DNA from: Methanococcus maripaludis
GTDB taxonomy: Archaea; AGJL01; Methanococci; Methanococcales; Methanococcaceae
Reading direction: 5' to 3'
DNA length: 32,000 nt
Assembly (NCBI RefSeq): GCF_002945325.1
Contig: NZ_CP026606.1
Location: forward strand, 750,001-782,000
The position numbers were made by a program, and so were the translations under genes. This document shows, one piece after another, positions 9,248 through 19,343 of this stretch. The notes under the pieces are model-generated. The model saw nothing but the letters and a program-made list of their open reading frames with translations, was not told where the DNA came from and did no database searches. Positions within the stretch are counted from its first letter, which is position 1. Every line of letters begins with the position of its first letter.

Positions 9248-9280
9248 ATCAACATTCCTCAAAAATTAAAAATAGGTAGT

Positions 9281-10174
9281 TTAAAGCATCCATATATCTT
9301 TGGTATTTTCTTCTTCATCATACCAATACATTTTGTATGAAAAACTTAATTCTTGATTTGATGAAGTAGTATATACGAGTGCAGGGACATCAAATGTTTT
9401 GTAAAACCCTGGGCCCAAGTCAAACACGGGAACTAGTGTGTTATCGAGCATTGTCGATCCATAACTGCTTAATTCGTTGTGATCACTTACCCAGTCAGAA
9501 TATGAATCTACCCAGGTATTTACCGAATATTTACTTATAAATTTATCACAAGTGCTGTAATCCTTTAATACAATTGGTGCAGGTATCAAAATACTCAGCA
9601 CATCTGTATCGTTTTTGACTATTGAGCCTTTCACATAAAGTTTAAAGTTATCAAGCCCTATTTTATCTTTTTTGGATGCAGGAATTATTTCACTTAAATC
9701 AATGAGTTTTGTTTTCGGATACGCTGCAGGGCCAGATATCTCCATTGTTCGAACCACTTCATCGTCATCTTCTTCATCGTCATCTTCTTTTGTAGTTAAT
9801 ACATCAACCCTTGTAGAATACATCTTTATATTTGCAGTCGTGTAAGGGGGGATCCAAAATCCTTCCTGTCCATTTAATTCTGATTTTGGAGTGATATCAA
9901 ATGTAACTGGATCGGTAGACTCTTCTTCGTCGTCATCGTCACTCTCACCATTTGTTAATTCCATGAAATTTTTTGAAGATTTTAAATCTTTCTCGATATA
10001 TTCAATTTCTTCTGGAATCGTTATGAATACGGAATATGGGTATTCGTTTGTAATTTCTCCGGTTAAACTCCAGTATGTATCCAGGGTAGCAACTGTAGTT
10101 TCAGAATGTGCATTTGGAATTATTGATATTAAAAATAAAAAAATAGTTAAATATTTTATATTAAGCATTTTCAT
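9281..10174 (-). CDS. Secreted protein of pilus operon with acidic low-complexity tracts
   Basis: Signal-peptide-like MKMLNIKYLTIFLFLISIIPNAHSE; GESDDDDEEEST and KEDDDEEDDDEV tracts; between epd pilin genes. Confidence 0.7.
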   Translation of the reverse strand: MKMLNIKYLTIFLFLISIIPNAHSETTVATLDTYWSLTGEITNEYPYSVFITIPEEIEYIEKDLKSSKNFMELTNGESDDDDEEESTDPVTFDITPKSELNGQEGFWIPPYTTANIKMYSTRVDVLTTKEDDDEEDDDEVVRTMEISGPAAYPKTKLIDLSEIIPASKKDKIGLDNFKLYVKGSIVKNDTDVLSILIPAPIVLKDYSTCDKFISKYSVNTWVDSYSDWVSDHNELSSYGSTMLDNTLVPVFDLGPGFYKTFDVPALVYTTSSNQELSFSYKMYWYDEEENTKDIWML

Positions 10175-11322
10175 CAGTTACCACCTGCTGCTTTTACAAT
10201 GAATAGGTCCTCACTGTTTACTGCAACCAAGTTTGAAACTTTTTCGGTCGGTACTGCAACTATTAATAAGTAATTTACATTTTCATCAAATATTTGAGTG
10301 TTGTCTTCAATTTTATTAAGTCTTTCACCGTAGCTTCCAAATTTATCGATGACTGTTCCGATATCTAATTTATCAGCAGCAGTTGCATGAAGAACTCCTG
10401 GCAAGTTATTAAGGGTGTATGAAATTGATGAAGTACTTTCAACTGTTGATTCACTTCCCTCGTCGTTTACGACATTTGATACGGATCTTTCTTCACTATA
10501 TCCTATATCTGGGAGAATCACGTAAGATGAATCAATTACTGCATAAGCAATAGGTGCTTCAGGAGTATTTTTGTTGTATACCAATATTGAATCTCCGGAA
10601 AGTGGTATTTTACCACACTGTCTTGAAGATACAACAACTGTAAGTTTATTTAAGTTAGATACTGGAGTTACCCTAAATTCTTTGAGCTGCATTATGCCCA
10701 TTGAATCAGTAATTTCTAAAACGTCGTCTTTTGTCATGAAATATTCTTGACCAGACATTTCAACATAAAAGTATGAATCTCCAGACGATATTGTTTTTTC
10801 AAGCGATTTTTCAAGAATTTCTTTAACTTCTTCTTCCACGTTTGACTGTTTGAACAGCTCATCAACTTCTGCAGTTGAATTTGCAGCATTTATTTTTCTT
10901 TCGAGTTCATTTGCCTTTATACTGCTCCCATAATACTCCCCATACATATCCTTAATCTGATTTATGGCCAGAGTCTTATACTGCTTTATTTCCAAATATT
11001 TTTGGGCATCATCCAAAATACGTTCGATATTTTCCTCATCTTGACTTTGCTGTAGTTTAATCACATACGCTATTTTCTGAGGATCATTTGGATACTCAAA
11101 GAATAATTTGTCAATTGTATCTATTGCAACCGCCCTGTTATTTTCTAATTCTTCAAGTTCCCTGTTTTTTGCAGTGAAATAAATATTGTAAACCTCAAAA
11201 ATCACAATAACCGAAACCACAATAACTAGTGCCATCCTAAGCTGTTTCGGAGGTATCCTAGAAGATTTTTTTGATTTAGATTTCAAACTCTTCAATTTAC
11301 CACTATACTCTTCAGCAGGCAT
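10174..11322 (-). CDS. Single-pass membrane protein of pilus operon (possibly DUF515 family)
   Basis: LRMALVIVVSVIVIFEVYNIYF TM then long extracytoplasmic region; RBS GGAGG before ATG. Confidence 0.7.
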   Translation of the reverse strand: MPAEEYSGKLKSLKSKSKKSSRIPPKQLRMALVIVVSVIVIFEVYNIYFTAKNRELEELENNRAVAIDTIDKLFFEYPNDPQKIAYVIKLQQSQDEENIERILDDAQKYLEIKQYKTLAINQIKDMYGEYYGSSIKANELERKINAANSTAEVDELFKQSNVEEEVKEILEKSLEKTISSGDSYFYVEMSGQEYFMTKDDVLEITDSMGIMQLKEFRVTPVSNLNKLTVVVSSRQCGKIPLSGDSILVYNKNTPEAPIAYAVIDSSYVILPDIGYSEERSVSNVVNDEGSESTVESTSSISYTLNNLPGVLHATAADKLDIGTVIDKFGSYGERLNKIEDNTQIFDENVNYLLIVAVPTEKVSNLVAVNSEDLFIVKAAGGN

Positions 11323-11447
11323 AAACTCCCTCCTTCCTGAAATTATAACAATGAAATAATAAATATGGATATTAAATATATTGTCAGGATCTTTTAAATA
11401 TATTTTCTATTGTCTTCAAAATATCTATTTTAAAATTTAAAAAATTA

Positions 11448-11837
11448 TTAACCTGACCAGGCTATGCTGAAATCATATTTTGTTGTATCTATATCCTGAG
11501 TCTCTACAACGTAATTTTTCACAAAAACCCGAGTATTAACAGGAACTGGTGTTGTATTTGAAATATACACAGTTATATTTTCATAATTATTACCTGCATT
11601 ATCCCAGGTCATCCCTGCATAAATAAGTGTTCCCTCGGTTTGTGTCCCATTATATCCGGAATTTACGAGTGAAACCGCAGTTTTTGCACCCAAATCAATT
11701 TTATCAAGTGTTCTAGTTCCTTCGTCAAATGAAGAAGTTAAAAAATACGTAATTGTTATTGTAGATATCAAAAGTATCGAAAGAACGATTATTGAAAATT
11801 CAAAAGATATCTGACCCCGATTAGAACGTTTAAACAT
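11448..11837 (-). CDS. epdA: Class III signal peptide pilin-like protein (EpdA-like)
   Basis: [32 protein letters not shown]: canonical class III motif RGQISFE; next to prepilin peptidase. Confidence 0.85.
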   Translation of the reverse strand: MFKRSNRGQISFEFSIIVLSILLISTITITYFLTSSFDEGTRTLDKIDLGAKTAVSLVNSGYNGTQTEGTLIYAGMTWDNAGNNYENITVYISNTTPVPVNTRVFVKNYVVETQDIDTTKYDFSIAWSG

Positions 11838-11838
11838 G

Positions 11839-12879
11839 TTATCCCACCAGATAATTTATAAAGCCCATATTTAGTAGGGTAATTACACAGTAAGCAACAA
11901 GCACAAATGGAACAAACGGATACGTAGTTAAAACATTTAATTCCCCGCCGATTTTCCCTTCATTTTGCAGTTTATTTAATAATTCCAGATTTTCATCCGA
12001 AAGACCTTCTCCATCAGTCATTAACGATTTTCCTTCGAGTTTACCCATTTCTCCATAAATCATGTGCTTGAAACGCTTCAAAATATTTGCATTTTCAACA
12101 GTTACTTCGCCATTTTCTTTTATTGTTACAATGTCCCGAATTATATCTCCCTCTTTTAAATCGCTGATTTGTTTTTTTGAAGATATTTCAGCACCTGTTA
12201 ATGCGTATATTACCAGAGAAATTAAGGAAAGCTGTCCAATATACACAAAAAACGAAATAAGAACATTTTCGGATACAAAATACGCAGGATTGAGTAAATA
12301 AAATCCAACCAAGTAAATAGGCGTAATATATCCAAGTTTATTAGATATAATTCGATATTTTGGAATTTTTCGGGAAATAAATATCGATAAAATTATGTAA
12401 ATCCATAGTATTGTCTTGGTATTTCCAATAGAATATATTTCTGTAATTGAAACTATTATTCCAATAAGCATTGCAAGATATGCGGAAGATGGAACAATAT
12501 CTTTCCAGTAATTTTTTAATATTTTTGTCATCGGAAAAATTGCCGCAAACAATGCGCTTAAACCGATTAATATTAAAATATTTTTCGGAACGAAATATAT
12601 AGTTTCTGCTGCAAAAAGAGGAGATAGTGCCGTAAACATCTTAACGTCTCCACCACCCATGCCGACCCCAAGAATTAAACATAAAATTAACGTTGCAAAA
12701 AACGAAGTTATGGCATCAAAACCAAAAAAATAATACCCGAGTGGTAAATTAACAATTAACATTAATATAATTACAAAATGGGGAATTATTCGCTCTTTGA
12801 TATCAGTATATGTTGCAGTCAGTATCAGTAAAAAATTAAATAAATAAACTCCTAAAATTAAATTATCAAATCCAAACAT
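11839..12879 (-). CDS. eppA: Type IV prepilin-like peptidase EppA
   Basis: Multi-TM; [11 protein letters not shown] and MGGGDVKMF (GxGD aspartyl protease). ATG 12879 (MFGFDN...) does not overlap the upstream gene; the supplied 12927 start overlaps it by 35 nt. Confidence 0.9.
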   Translation of the reverse strand: MFGFDNLILGVYLFNFLLILTATYTDIKERIIPHFVIILMLIVNLPLGYYFFGFDAITSFFATLILCLILGVGMGGGDVKMFTALSPLFAAETIYFVPKNILILIGLSALFAAIFPMTKILKNYWKDIVPSSAYLAMLIGIIVSITEIYSIGNTKTILWIYIILSIFISRKIPKYRIISNKLGYITPIYLVGFYLLNPAYFVSENVLISFFVYIGQLSLISLVIYALTGAEISSKKQISDLKEGDIIRDIVTIKENGEVTVENANILKRFKHMIYGEMGKLEGKSLMTDGEGLSDENLELLNKLQNEGKIGGELNVLTTYPFVPFVLVAYCVITLLNMGFINYLVG

Positions 12880-12892
12880 GGTTTTTCCGCCC

Positions 12893-13261
12893 TTAAACTG
12901 AATTATCCTTTCCAAGTTTTTCTTCAACTCGCCTTTTTATATTCATTAAAATTTCATGATTATCAATAAATTCGATCGAATCATTTATGTTCTTATCTTT
13001 AGTAAGTTCTGTAATCTCTTTTAAAACTTCGGATGCGATTTCTGGCTTATGAATCCAGTTGCATTTCATACAGCTCCAGATTAAAGATCCGTCTTTTCTT
13101 TTTACAAATTCGCCCAAGTTTTCATCTTCACAGGGGTAAAATGGGCAGTAGCACCAAAGGCACGATTGATTTTCATAGTGGCATGGATAATATTCGCAAT
13201 CCCTATTTGCTCCGCAGAGGGATAGAACTTTTTTTAAGTGGTCTTTTGCTAAATCTATCAT
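12893..13261 (-). CDS. Cysteine-rich small domain protein
   Basis: CEYYPCHYENQSCLWCYCPFYPCEDENLG...SLIWSCMKCNWIHKPE: typical archaeal cysteine-rich small domain. Confidence 0.85.
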   Translation of the reverse strand: MIDLAKDHLKKVLSLCGANRDCEYYPCHYENQSCLWCYCPFYPCEDENLGEFVKRKDGSLIWSCMKCNWIHKPEIASEVLKEITELTKDKNINDSIEFIDNHEILMNIKRRVEEKLGKDNSV

Positions 13262-13342
13262 ATATGCACCATTTTCATTTATCGAATGAAATATATAGTA
13301 ATTTAATCTATTTATTGTTTTATATATGCCCGAGGTGAATTA

Positions 13343-14029
13343 ATGAAAGATCTAATCGCTCTTGCAGAGGAAATTAAGGACGAAAAATTAAGAAAAAAAG
13401 TTATTGAATATATAAATAATCCCCTACCCAAACATCCTGAAATTGAAAGTACTGGAATAACAATTGAAAACTCTCCTGCGAGCGTTAAACGGCATCATAA
13501 ATACCCCGGAGGACTCCTTGAACATACAATTGCGGTTACAAAAATGGCTGTAAAAATGGCAGAAGCTTTGGAAGAAACATATGGAATTGAACTAAACCGT
13601 GATTTACTCATTTCTGGAGGAATACTCCACGACCTTATGAAACCGCAAAATTATCAGTTAAAAGATGGAAAATTCGACCATCTTTCAGATTTTCACCTTG
13701 ATCATTTAACACTTGGAATTGCAGAACTTTACAGAAGAGATTTTCCACTCGAAGTTATAAAAGTTGTAGCAAGCCACCACGGAGACCACGGACCTGTAAG
13801 TCCCGATTCAATTGAAGCATGGCTAATTCATCATGCAGACAATGTAGATGCTGCAATTAATGATATAGGAATTAGAATATGTCAGGCAAGATCTAGGGAG
13901 TTTGGAATTGATGATTCACAAATTTATAAAATAGTTACCCCTTTAAAACTTTATGAAATGCGTAAAAAATTAGGAAAAGATAAATTAAAAGAATTTTTAA
14001 AGGAAAAATTAGAAATAAAGGATGAATAA
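13343..14029 (+). CDS. HD domain phosphohydrolase (YhaM-like HD arrangement)
   Basis: HHKYPGGLLEHTIAV...GGILHDLMK...VVASHHGDHG...AWLIHHADNVD; GGTG RBS. Confidence 0.88.
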   Translation: MKDLIALAEEIKDEKLRKKVIEYINNPLPKHPEIESTGITIENSPASVKRHHKYPGGLLEHTIAVTKMAVKMAEALEETYGIELNRDLLISGGILHDLMKPQNYQLKDGKFDHLSDFHLDHLTLGIAELYRRDFPLEVIKVVASHHGDHGPVSPDSIEAWLIHHADNVDAAINDIGIRICQARSREFGIDDSQIYKIVTPLKLYEMRKKLGKDKLKEFLKEKLEIKDE

Positions 14030-14069
14030 TTAATTTATTTTACTTTTAACTTTGAAAACAGGTGGAAAA

Positions 14070-14801
14070 TTGATAGAAATGGTTAATATCCACAAAAAAT
14101 TCAAAGAGGCCCATGTTTTAAAAGGAGTAGATTTAAAAGTGGCTAAAGGAGAAGTTTTAGTAATTGTCGGCCCAAGTGGCAGCGGAAAATCTACACTTCT
14201 TAGATGCATTAATGGACTTGAAAAAATTACTGAAGGACATATTTTCTTTGAAGGGGACGATATAACCGATAAAAAAGTAAATATCAATAAGATTAGGCAA
14301 AAAATCGGTATGGTATTCCAGCAATTTAATTTATTCCCCCATTTAACCGTTTTAGATAATATTACGTTTGCTCCGAGAAAAGTTTTAAACGTTCCAAAAA
14401 AAGAAGCGGAAAATTTAGCAAGAGAACTATTAAAAAAAGTGGGTTTGGAAGGAAAAGAAAATCAATACCCAATACAGCTTTCAGGCGGGCAGCAACAGAG
14501 AGTTGCAATTGCACGAGCTCTTGCAATGAAACCGGATGCAATGTTATTTGACGAACCAACTTCTGCGCTTGACCCTGAACTCGTAAAAGAAGTACTCGAT
14601 GTAATGAAACAGCTTGCCTATGAAGGAATGACAATGGTTGTTGTAACTCACGAAATGGGTTTTGCAAAAGAAGTCGGCGACAGACTCATTTTTATTGACG
14701 ATGGCCAGATTTTAGAGGACGGAAATCCCTCAGATGTATTTAATAATCCTAAAAATGAAAGAACGAAAAACTTCTTTGGAAAAATTCTATCACATAATTA
14801 A
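14070..14801 (+). CDS. Polar amino-acid type ABC transporter ATP-binding protein (GlnQ-like)
   Basis: Walker [10 protein letters not shown], signature [15 protein letters not shown], Walker [17 protein letters not shown] at 14070 preceded by GGTGG at 14061; supplied start TTG 14052 lies upstream of that RBS. Confidence 0.9.
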   Translation: MIEMVNIHKKFKEAHVLKGVDLKVAKGEVLVIVGPSGSGKSTLLRCINGLEKITEGHIFFEGDDITDKKVNINKIRQKIGMVFQQFNLFPHLTVLDNITFAPRKVLNVPKKEAENLARELLKKVGLEGKENQYPIQLSGGQQQRVAIARALAMKPDAMLFDEPTSALDPELVKEVLDVMKQLAYEGMTMVVVTHEMGFAKEVGDRLIFIDDGQILEDGNPSDVFNNPKNERTKNFFGKILSHN

Positions 14802-14829
14802 TAATTTTAAAAATAAACATAAAATAAAA

Positions 14830-15960
14830 TTAATATTTTTTTGAATGGTATTCAGATATTAAAACGACCAGATCTGAAAGTTCTGCATCTGTTTTTAAAC
14901 CATAAGGATTGTAATGAACCCTTGTAACTTTAAATCCATTTTCTTTTAAATTTTCCATGATATCGTTTACCGGCGGAACCAGCTTTTTTATAAAACTGCA
15001 GAGCTCGTGAATATCAAAACAGCCTACCCGATTAATTTTTGATTCATTTGAAATCAGTTCTAAAATATTTACTGCTCTTTTTGAATAATTTCTAGTTTTA
15101 GCAGTATTTAATGCATTTTGAACGATATTTTTATCTGAAATGTCACCTAAATAGAATGGACCTGCGTATCCTTTTTCAGACCCTTCTTCAAATGTCTTAA
15201 ATGATTTTTGTTCACTATCCTGCCGGATATACCCTAAATTTTCAATTGCAGAATCTGCTTTTCCGGCTCCCCGTTCTGTAACCATGAAAGTTCTTGCATA
15301 GTGATCCGTTACATGTGAAAATATCGGTTTTAATCCAATATCATATTTTGAAGCCATTTTTACAGCATATCCAATCATTAAACGTACTGCAAGTTCCTTA
15401 TCGCCTTTTAAAGGCACCGCATTGTATTTTCTAATGCATGTTTTTCGGTATGCTCCGCATAATACCGCCGTATCTGTTGCAGTCATACATAAAAGTCCCC
15501 CTTTTGTGAGACTTGCCCTGATTCCACTATCTAAATAAGGAACCGGGGAACCAAATGGATCTAAATCAACTACATTAAATACTTTAAAGTTTTTTGAAAG
15601 AAGTACATTTGCATCTTCGTGAAATACTTCGACATTTTCAAGTTCATTTAATTTTAAATTCTCTTTTATCATTTTTACAGCGCTTGGATTAATATCTCCA
15701 ATCGAAACTTTCAAATCCCCGTTAAATTTCAATTCTTTTGCGTATCGGATCCCTCTTGCACCACTGCCCCCGAGAGGATCGCACATTAAAAATTCATCTC
15801 TTTTGAAATCGTCTAAAAATGATTGAACAACTGAAACAGAAATATCCCGATTTGTTTCCATTACAGGATTATAAAATACAGTATCTTTCTTCGATAAAGT
15901 TGATTCCTCTGGAACCATCAGTTTTGTCTCGCCTTCACTAATTATTTTCATCCACTTCAC
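14830..15960 (-). CDS. trm1: tRNA (guanine(26)-N(2))-dimethyltransferase
   Basis: VFYNPVMETNRDISV, DPLGGSGARGIRYA, NVVDLDPFGSPVPYLD: Trm1 motifs. Confidence 0.93.
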   Translation of the reverse strand: MKWMKIISEGETKLMVPEESTLSKKDTVFYNPVMETNRDISVSVVQSFLDDFKRDEFLMCDPLGGSGARGIRYAKELKFNGDLKVSIGDINPSAVKMIKENLKLNELENVEVFHEDANVLLSKNFKVFNVVDLDPFGSPVPYLDSGIRASLTKGGLLCMTATDTAVLCGAYRKTCIRKYNAVPLKGDKELAVRLMIGYAVKMASKYDIGLKPIFSHVTDHYARTFMVTERGAGKADSAIENLGYIRQDSEQKSFKTFEEGSEKGYAGPFYLGDISDKNIVQNALNTAKTRNYSKRAVNILELISNESKINRVGCFDIHELCSFIKKLVPPVNDIMENLKENGFKVTRVHYNPYGLKTDAELSDLVVLISEYHSKKY

Positions 15961-16097
15961 CAGTAAATCTCCATAATTATCCGTTTTTAAGCTTATTTAT
16001 ATAATTAAAGCTCGAACTTCGTATCGATAATGATATATAGTAATCTTACTTATCCTATGATATTGATTAATATAATTCTAGTTATAAATACCCCCTG

Positions 16098-16137
16098 TAA
16101 TATCGGGATTTAAATCGGGGTTATCCTCCCGATATTA
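16098..16137 (+). promoter_or_regulatory. 11-bp inverted repeat with competing third arm downstream of a TATA box, upstream of nrdD
   Basis: TAATATCGGGA (16098-16108) ... ATCGGGG (16114-16120) ... TCCCGATATTA (16127-16137); TATA-like TTATAAATA at 16082-16090. Confidence 0.65.
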
Positions 16138-16182
16138 ACATTTATTGAATTATTTATTTTTTATTCTCTTTTAGGTGGTTCA

Positions 16183-18495
16183 ATGATCTCTAATTCGAAA
16201 TACGTCGATTTCAAAATAAATATAGTTAAAAGAAGCGGTAATGAAGAAACCTTCAACATTAACAAACTCGTAAAATCACTTTTAAATTCCGGTGTGGATT
16301 ACGAGAATATAGACGAAATATTATCTGAAATTTACGGAAAAGTCTACAATGGAATGTCTACAGATGACTTAAAATCAATCCTTTACACAACATTAAAAGA
16401 ATACGACAAAAAAACGGGCAAAAGTTACTCTAAAAAATATATGTCTGAAAATTGTCTGAAAATCAGGACATCTGAAAAAGAATTTGAACCATTTAATAAA
16501 GAAAAGATTGTAAAAGCTTTAATTCAGGAAGCAGGTGCTGATTTAAAAACTGCAGAAAGAATAGCTACAGAAGTAGAATCAGAAGTTAAAAATTTAAATG
16601 TAACATATCTTACTGCCCCAATGATAAGAGAAATTGTTAATACAAAACTTATTGAACACGGGCTTGAAGAATTCAGGCACAAACACACGAGACTCGGTAT
16701 TCCGGTTTACGATATTGTCAAATTAATCGAAAGAGGATCAAAAGACAATGCAAACCTCATGCACAACCCTGAAAGTATTCATAAATGGGTTGCTGACGAA
16801 ACCATGAAACAGTTTGCACTTTTAAATGTATTCCCAAAATATATAGCAGATTCCCACATGAGAGGGGACATTCACTTACACGATTTAGAATATGCGGCAG
16901 TTAGAACTGTTTGCTGTCAGCACGACCTTAGAAACTTCTTTAAATACGGTTTAAAAGTAGACGGTACTGGAAGGCATACAAGTGTTTCAAAACCTGCAAA
17001 ACACCCGGATGTTGCATTGCAGCATGCTGCAAAGGTTTTGAGTGCGGCACAGTGTGAAATGTCTGGAGGACAGTCAATAGATGAATTTAACATCTGGATT
17101 GCCCCATACATGAGAGGACTTGAATACAGCGAAGTAAGACAGCTCATGCAGTTATTTATCTATGAAATGAACCAGATATATGCTGCAAGGGGAGGCCAGG
17201 TAGTATTCAGTTCAATTAACCTTGAACTGGAAGTTCCAGAATACCTAAAAGGTAAAGATGCAATAAAAGCAGGTCAAGTTGTTGGAGCTTACGAAGAATA
17301 CGATTACGAAGTTAAAATGATTGCAGAAGCGCTTGTAGATGTTTTAATGGATGGGGATGCATACGGAAAACCATTCTTATTCCCTAATGTCATATTCAAA
17401 TTAAGAGAAAATGCATTTAAAGATGAAAATAAAGATTTACTCGTAAAAATACATGAATTAAGCGCTAAATGGGGACTACCGTACTTTATAAACATGTTTG
17501 CAGATTATCAGCATGGAAACACCAATGCAATGGGTTGCAGAACCAGATTAAGCGGTGAATGGGGTAACTCTATTGAAGAAAGTTCCCTTCGAACTGGAAA
17601 CATGCAGTGGTATACAATAAACCTTCCAAGAATTGCTTACGAAGCTGACGGTGATGACGGAAGATTATTCGAGATACTTGACGAAAAATTAGCTATTGCA
17701 AAACAAGCGCTTGAGATAAAACATGAAATTTCTAAAAGAAGACTCTATCACGACAATGTTTTACCATTCTTAACACAGGAATTCGATGGAGAACAGTATT
17801 ACCGGTATGATAGCACCACGAAAACTTTCGGTTTCGTCGGTTTAAACGAACTTTTAAAGTACCATGTAGGAAGCGAACTTCACGAGTCACCAGAAGCACT
17901 TGCCTTTGGTGTAAAAGTAATTTCGCACATTAGAAAATACGCTGATGATTTGAAAAAAGAAACTGGCCTTAGGTGGACTGTAACACAAACTCCTGCTGAA
18001 AGTACTGCTGGAAGATTTGCGAAATTTGACCACAAATACTACCCAGAAGAAACAAAATCCGTGGTAAATGGAAACTTGAATGATTTAAGCAGTATATATT
18101 ACACGAACTCTTCACACGTTAGGGTAAACGCGGACGTTACATTGGGTGAAAAAGTAGGTATTGAAGAAAAATTCCATGAACTTTGTAACGGTGGACACAT
18201 AGGCCATTTCTGGAATGCAGAAGCTTATGCAGACCCTGAGGTTTTAATGGACATTACTAAAAAAATGACAAAAACAGATATTGGTTTTTGGACATACACG
18301 AAAAATTTGAGTATCTGTGAAAAATGCAGTCTTGCAATGAGCGGTTTAAAAGACAATTGTACTGGTTGCGGAAGTGAAAGTGTAGAGAAATTTTCAAGAA
18401 TTACAGGATATTTGCAGAACGTTTCAAACTGGAACAAAGCAAAACAGCAGGAACTACTCGATAGAAAGAGTACACTTCCGGGAAGAAGAATTTAA
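16183..18495 (+). CDS. nrdD: Anaerobic (class III) ribonucleoside-triphosphate reductase
   Basis: N-terminal ATP-cone, HIHDLEYAAVRTVCCQHDL, zinc site CEKCSL...CTGCG, glycyl-radical-type RITGYL near C-terminus; GGTGG RBS. Confidence 0.95.
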   Translation: MISNSKYVDFKINIVKRSGNEETFNINKLVKSLLNSGVDYENIDEILSEIYGKVYNGMSTDDLKSILYTTLKEYDKKTGKSYSKKYMSENCLKIRTSEKEFEPFNKEKIVKALIQEAGADLKTAERIATEVESEVKNLNVTYLTAPMIREIVNTKLIEHGLEEFRHKHTRLGIPVYDIVKLIERGSKDNANLMHNPESIHKWVADETMKQFALLNVFPKYIADSHMRGDIHLHDLEYAAVRTVCCQHDLRNFFKYGLKVDGTGRHTSVSKPAKHPDVALQHAAKVLSAAQCEMSGGQSIDEFNIWIAPYMRGLEYSEVRQLMQLFIYEMNQIYAARGGQVVFSSINLELEVPEYLKGKDAIKAGQVVGAYEEYDYEVKMIAEALVDVLMDGDAYGKPFLFPNVIFKLRENAFKDENKDLLVKIHELSAKWGLPYFINMFADYQHGNTNAMGCRTRLSGEWGNSIEESSLRTGNMQWYTINLPRIAYEADGDDGRLFEILDEKLAIAKQALEIKHEISKRRLYHDNVLPFLTQEFDGEQYYRYDSTTKTFGFVGLNELLKYHVGSELHESPEALAFGVKVISHIRKYADDLKKETGLRWTVTQTPAESTAGRFAKFDHKYYPEETKSVVNGNLNDLSSIYYTNSSHVRVNADVTLGEKVGIEEKFHELCNGGHIGHFWNAEAYADPEVLMDITKKMTKTDIGFWTYTKNLSICEKCSLAMSGLKDNCTGCGSESVEKFSRITGYLQNVSNWNKAKQQELLDRKSTLPGRRI

Positions 18496-18626
18496 TCTTT
18501 TTTAAATATTTTTTATTTTAATTTCATTTTTTGTTCTTTTTTTAAGTTTTATCATTTAATTTATAAAATTTTAAATACTTTTGAAAATATAATTCCTGAC
18601 TAATTTAAAATAATAAAGGTGTTTTG

Positions 18627-19328
18627 ATGAAAGCTATCTGTGTACTTAGTGGGGGACTTGATTCTGCAGTAACGTCAATGTTTGCAAAATCTAAAAACTA
18701 TGATATCAGTACTGTTACATTTAACTACGGGCAGATGGCACTAAATCAAGAAATAAAATCTGCTAAGAAAATATCAGATATTTTAAATGCTGATCACCAC
18801 GTAATTGATATTAATTTCGTAAAAGAATTCAGTGAAAGCGGATTAAATACGGGAAACATTCCAGAACCTGAAAAAGAAGACCTCGATGATTTTGAAAAAT
18901 CTGAAAAAACCATGAAGGCAGTTTGGGTTCCTGCAAGAAACATGATTATGTTTTCTATTGCATCAGGGTTTGCAGAAGGAATCAGTGCAGAAAAAATATT
19001 CTCAGGATTAAATAAGGAAGAAGGAGTAACTTTTCCAGACAACACAACTGAATTCATTGAAAGATTTAATAAAAGCCTTGAATATGGTACATTAAATAAA
19101 GTTAAGATGGTTGCACCATTATATGAATTAAATAAACCTGAAATTGCAAAATTAGGAAAAGAACTCGAATTAAAACTTGATTTAGAAGTTATAAAATACA
19201 GCTATTCATGCTACAAAGATAATGGTAAAGATTATCTACATTGTGGAACTTGCGAAAGCTGTATGAGAAGAAAAAGAGCATTTAAAGAAGCAGGAATAAT
19301 TGATCCAACGAAATACCTCGTTGAATAG
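18627..19328 (+). CDS. queC: 7-cyano-7-deazaguanine synthase
   Basis: MKAICVLSGGLDSAV PP-loop; C-terminal YSCYKDN...HCGTCESCMRRKRAF. ATG 18627 preceded by GGTG. Confidence 0.93.
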   Translation: MKAICVLSGGLDSAVTSMFAKSKNYDISTVTFNYGQMALNQEIKSAKKISDILNADHHVIDINFVKEFSESGLNTGNIPEPEKEDLDDFEKSEKTMKAVWVPARNMIMFSIASGFAEGISAEKIFSGLNKEEGVTFPDNTTEFIERFNKSLEYGTLNKVKMVAPLYELNKPEIAKLGKELELKLDLEVIKYSYSCYKDNGKDYLHCGTCESCMRRKRAFKEAGIIDPTKYLVE

Positions 19329-19343
19329 TGAAATAGTGAAAAA

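Noticed and set aside
12880-12927. Extended EppA N-terminus (MKKNLERIIQFKGGKT)
   Set aside because: Overlaps the upstream cysteine-rich gene by 35 nt; the MFGFDN start leaves a short normal gap and matches peptidase N-termini better.
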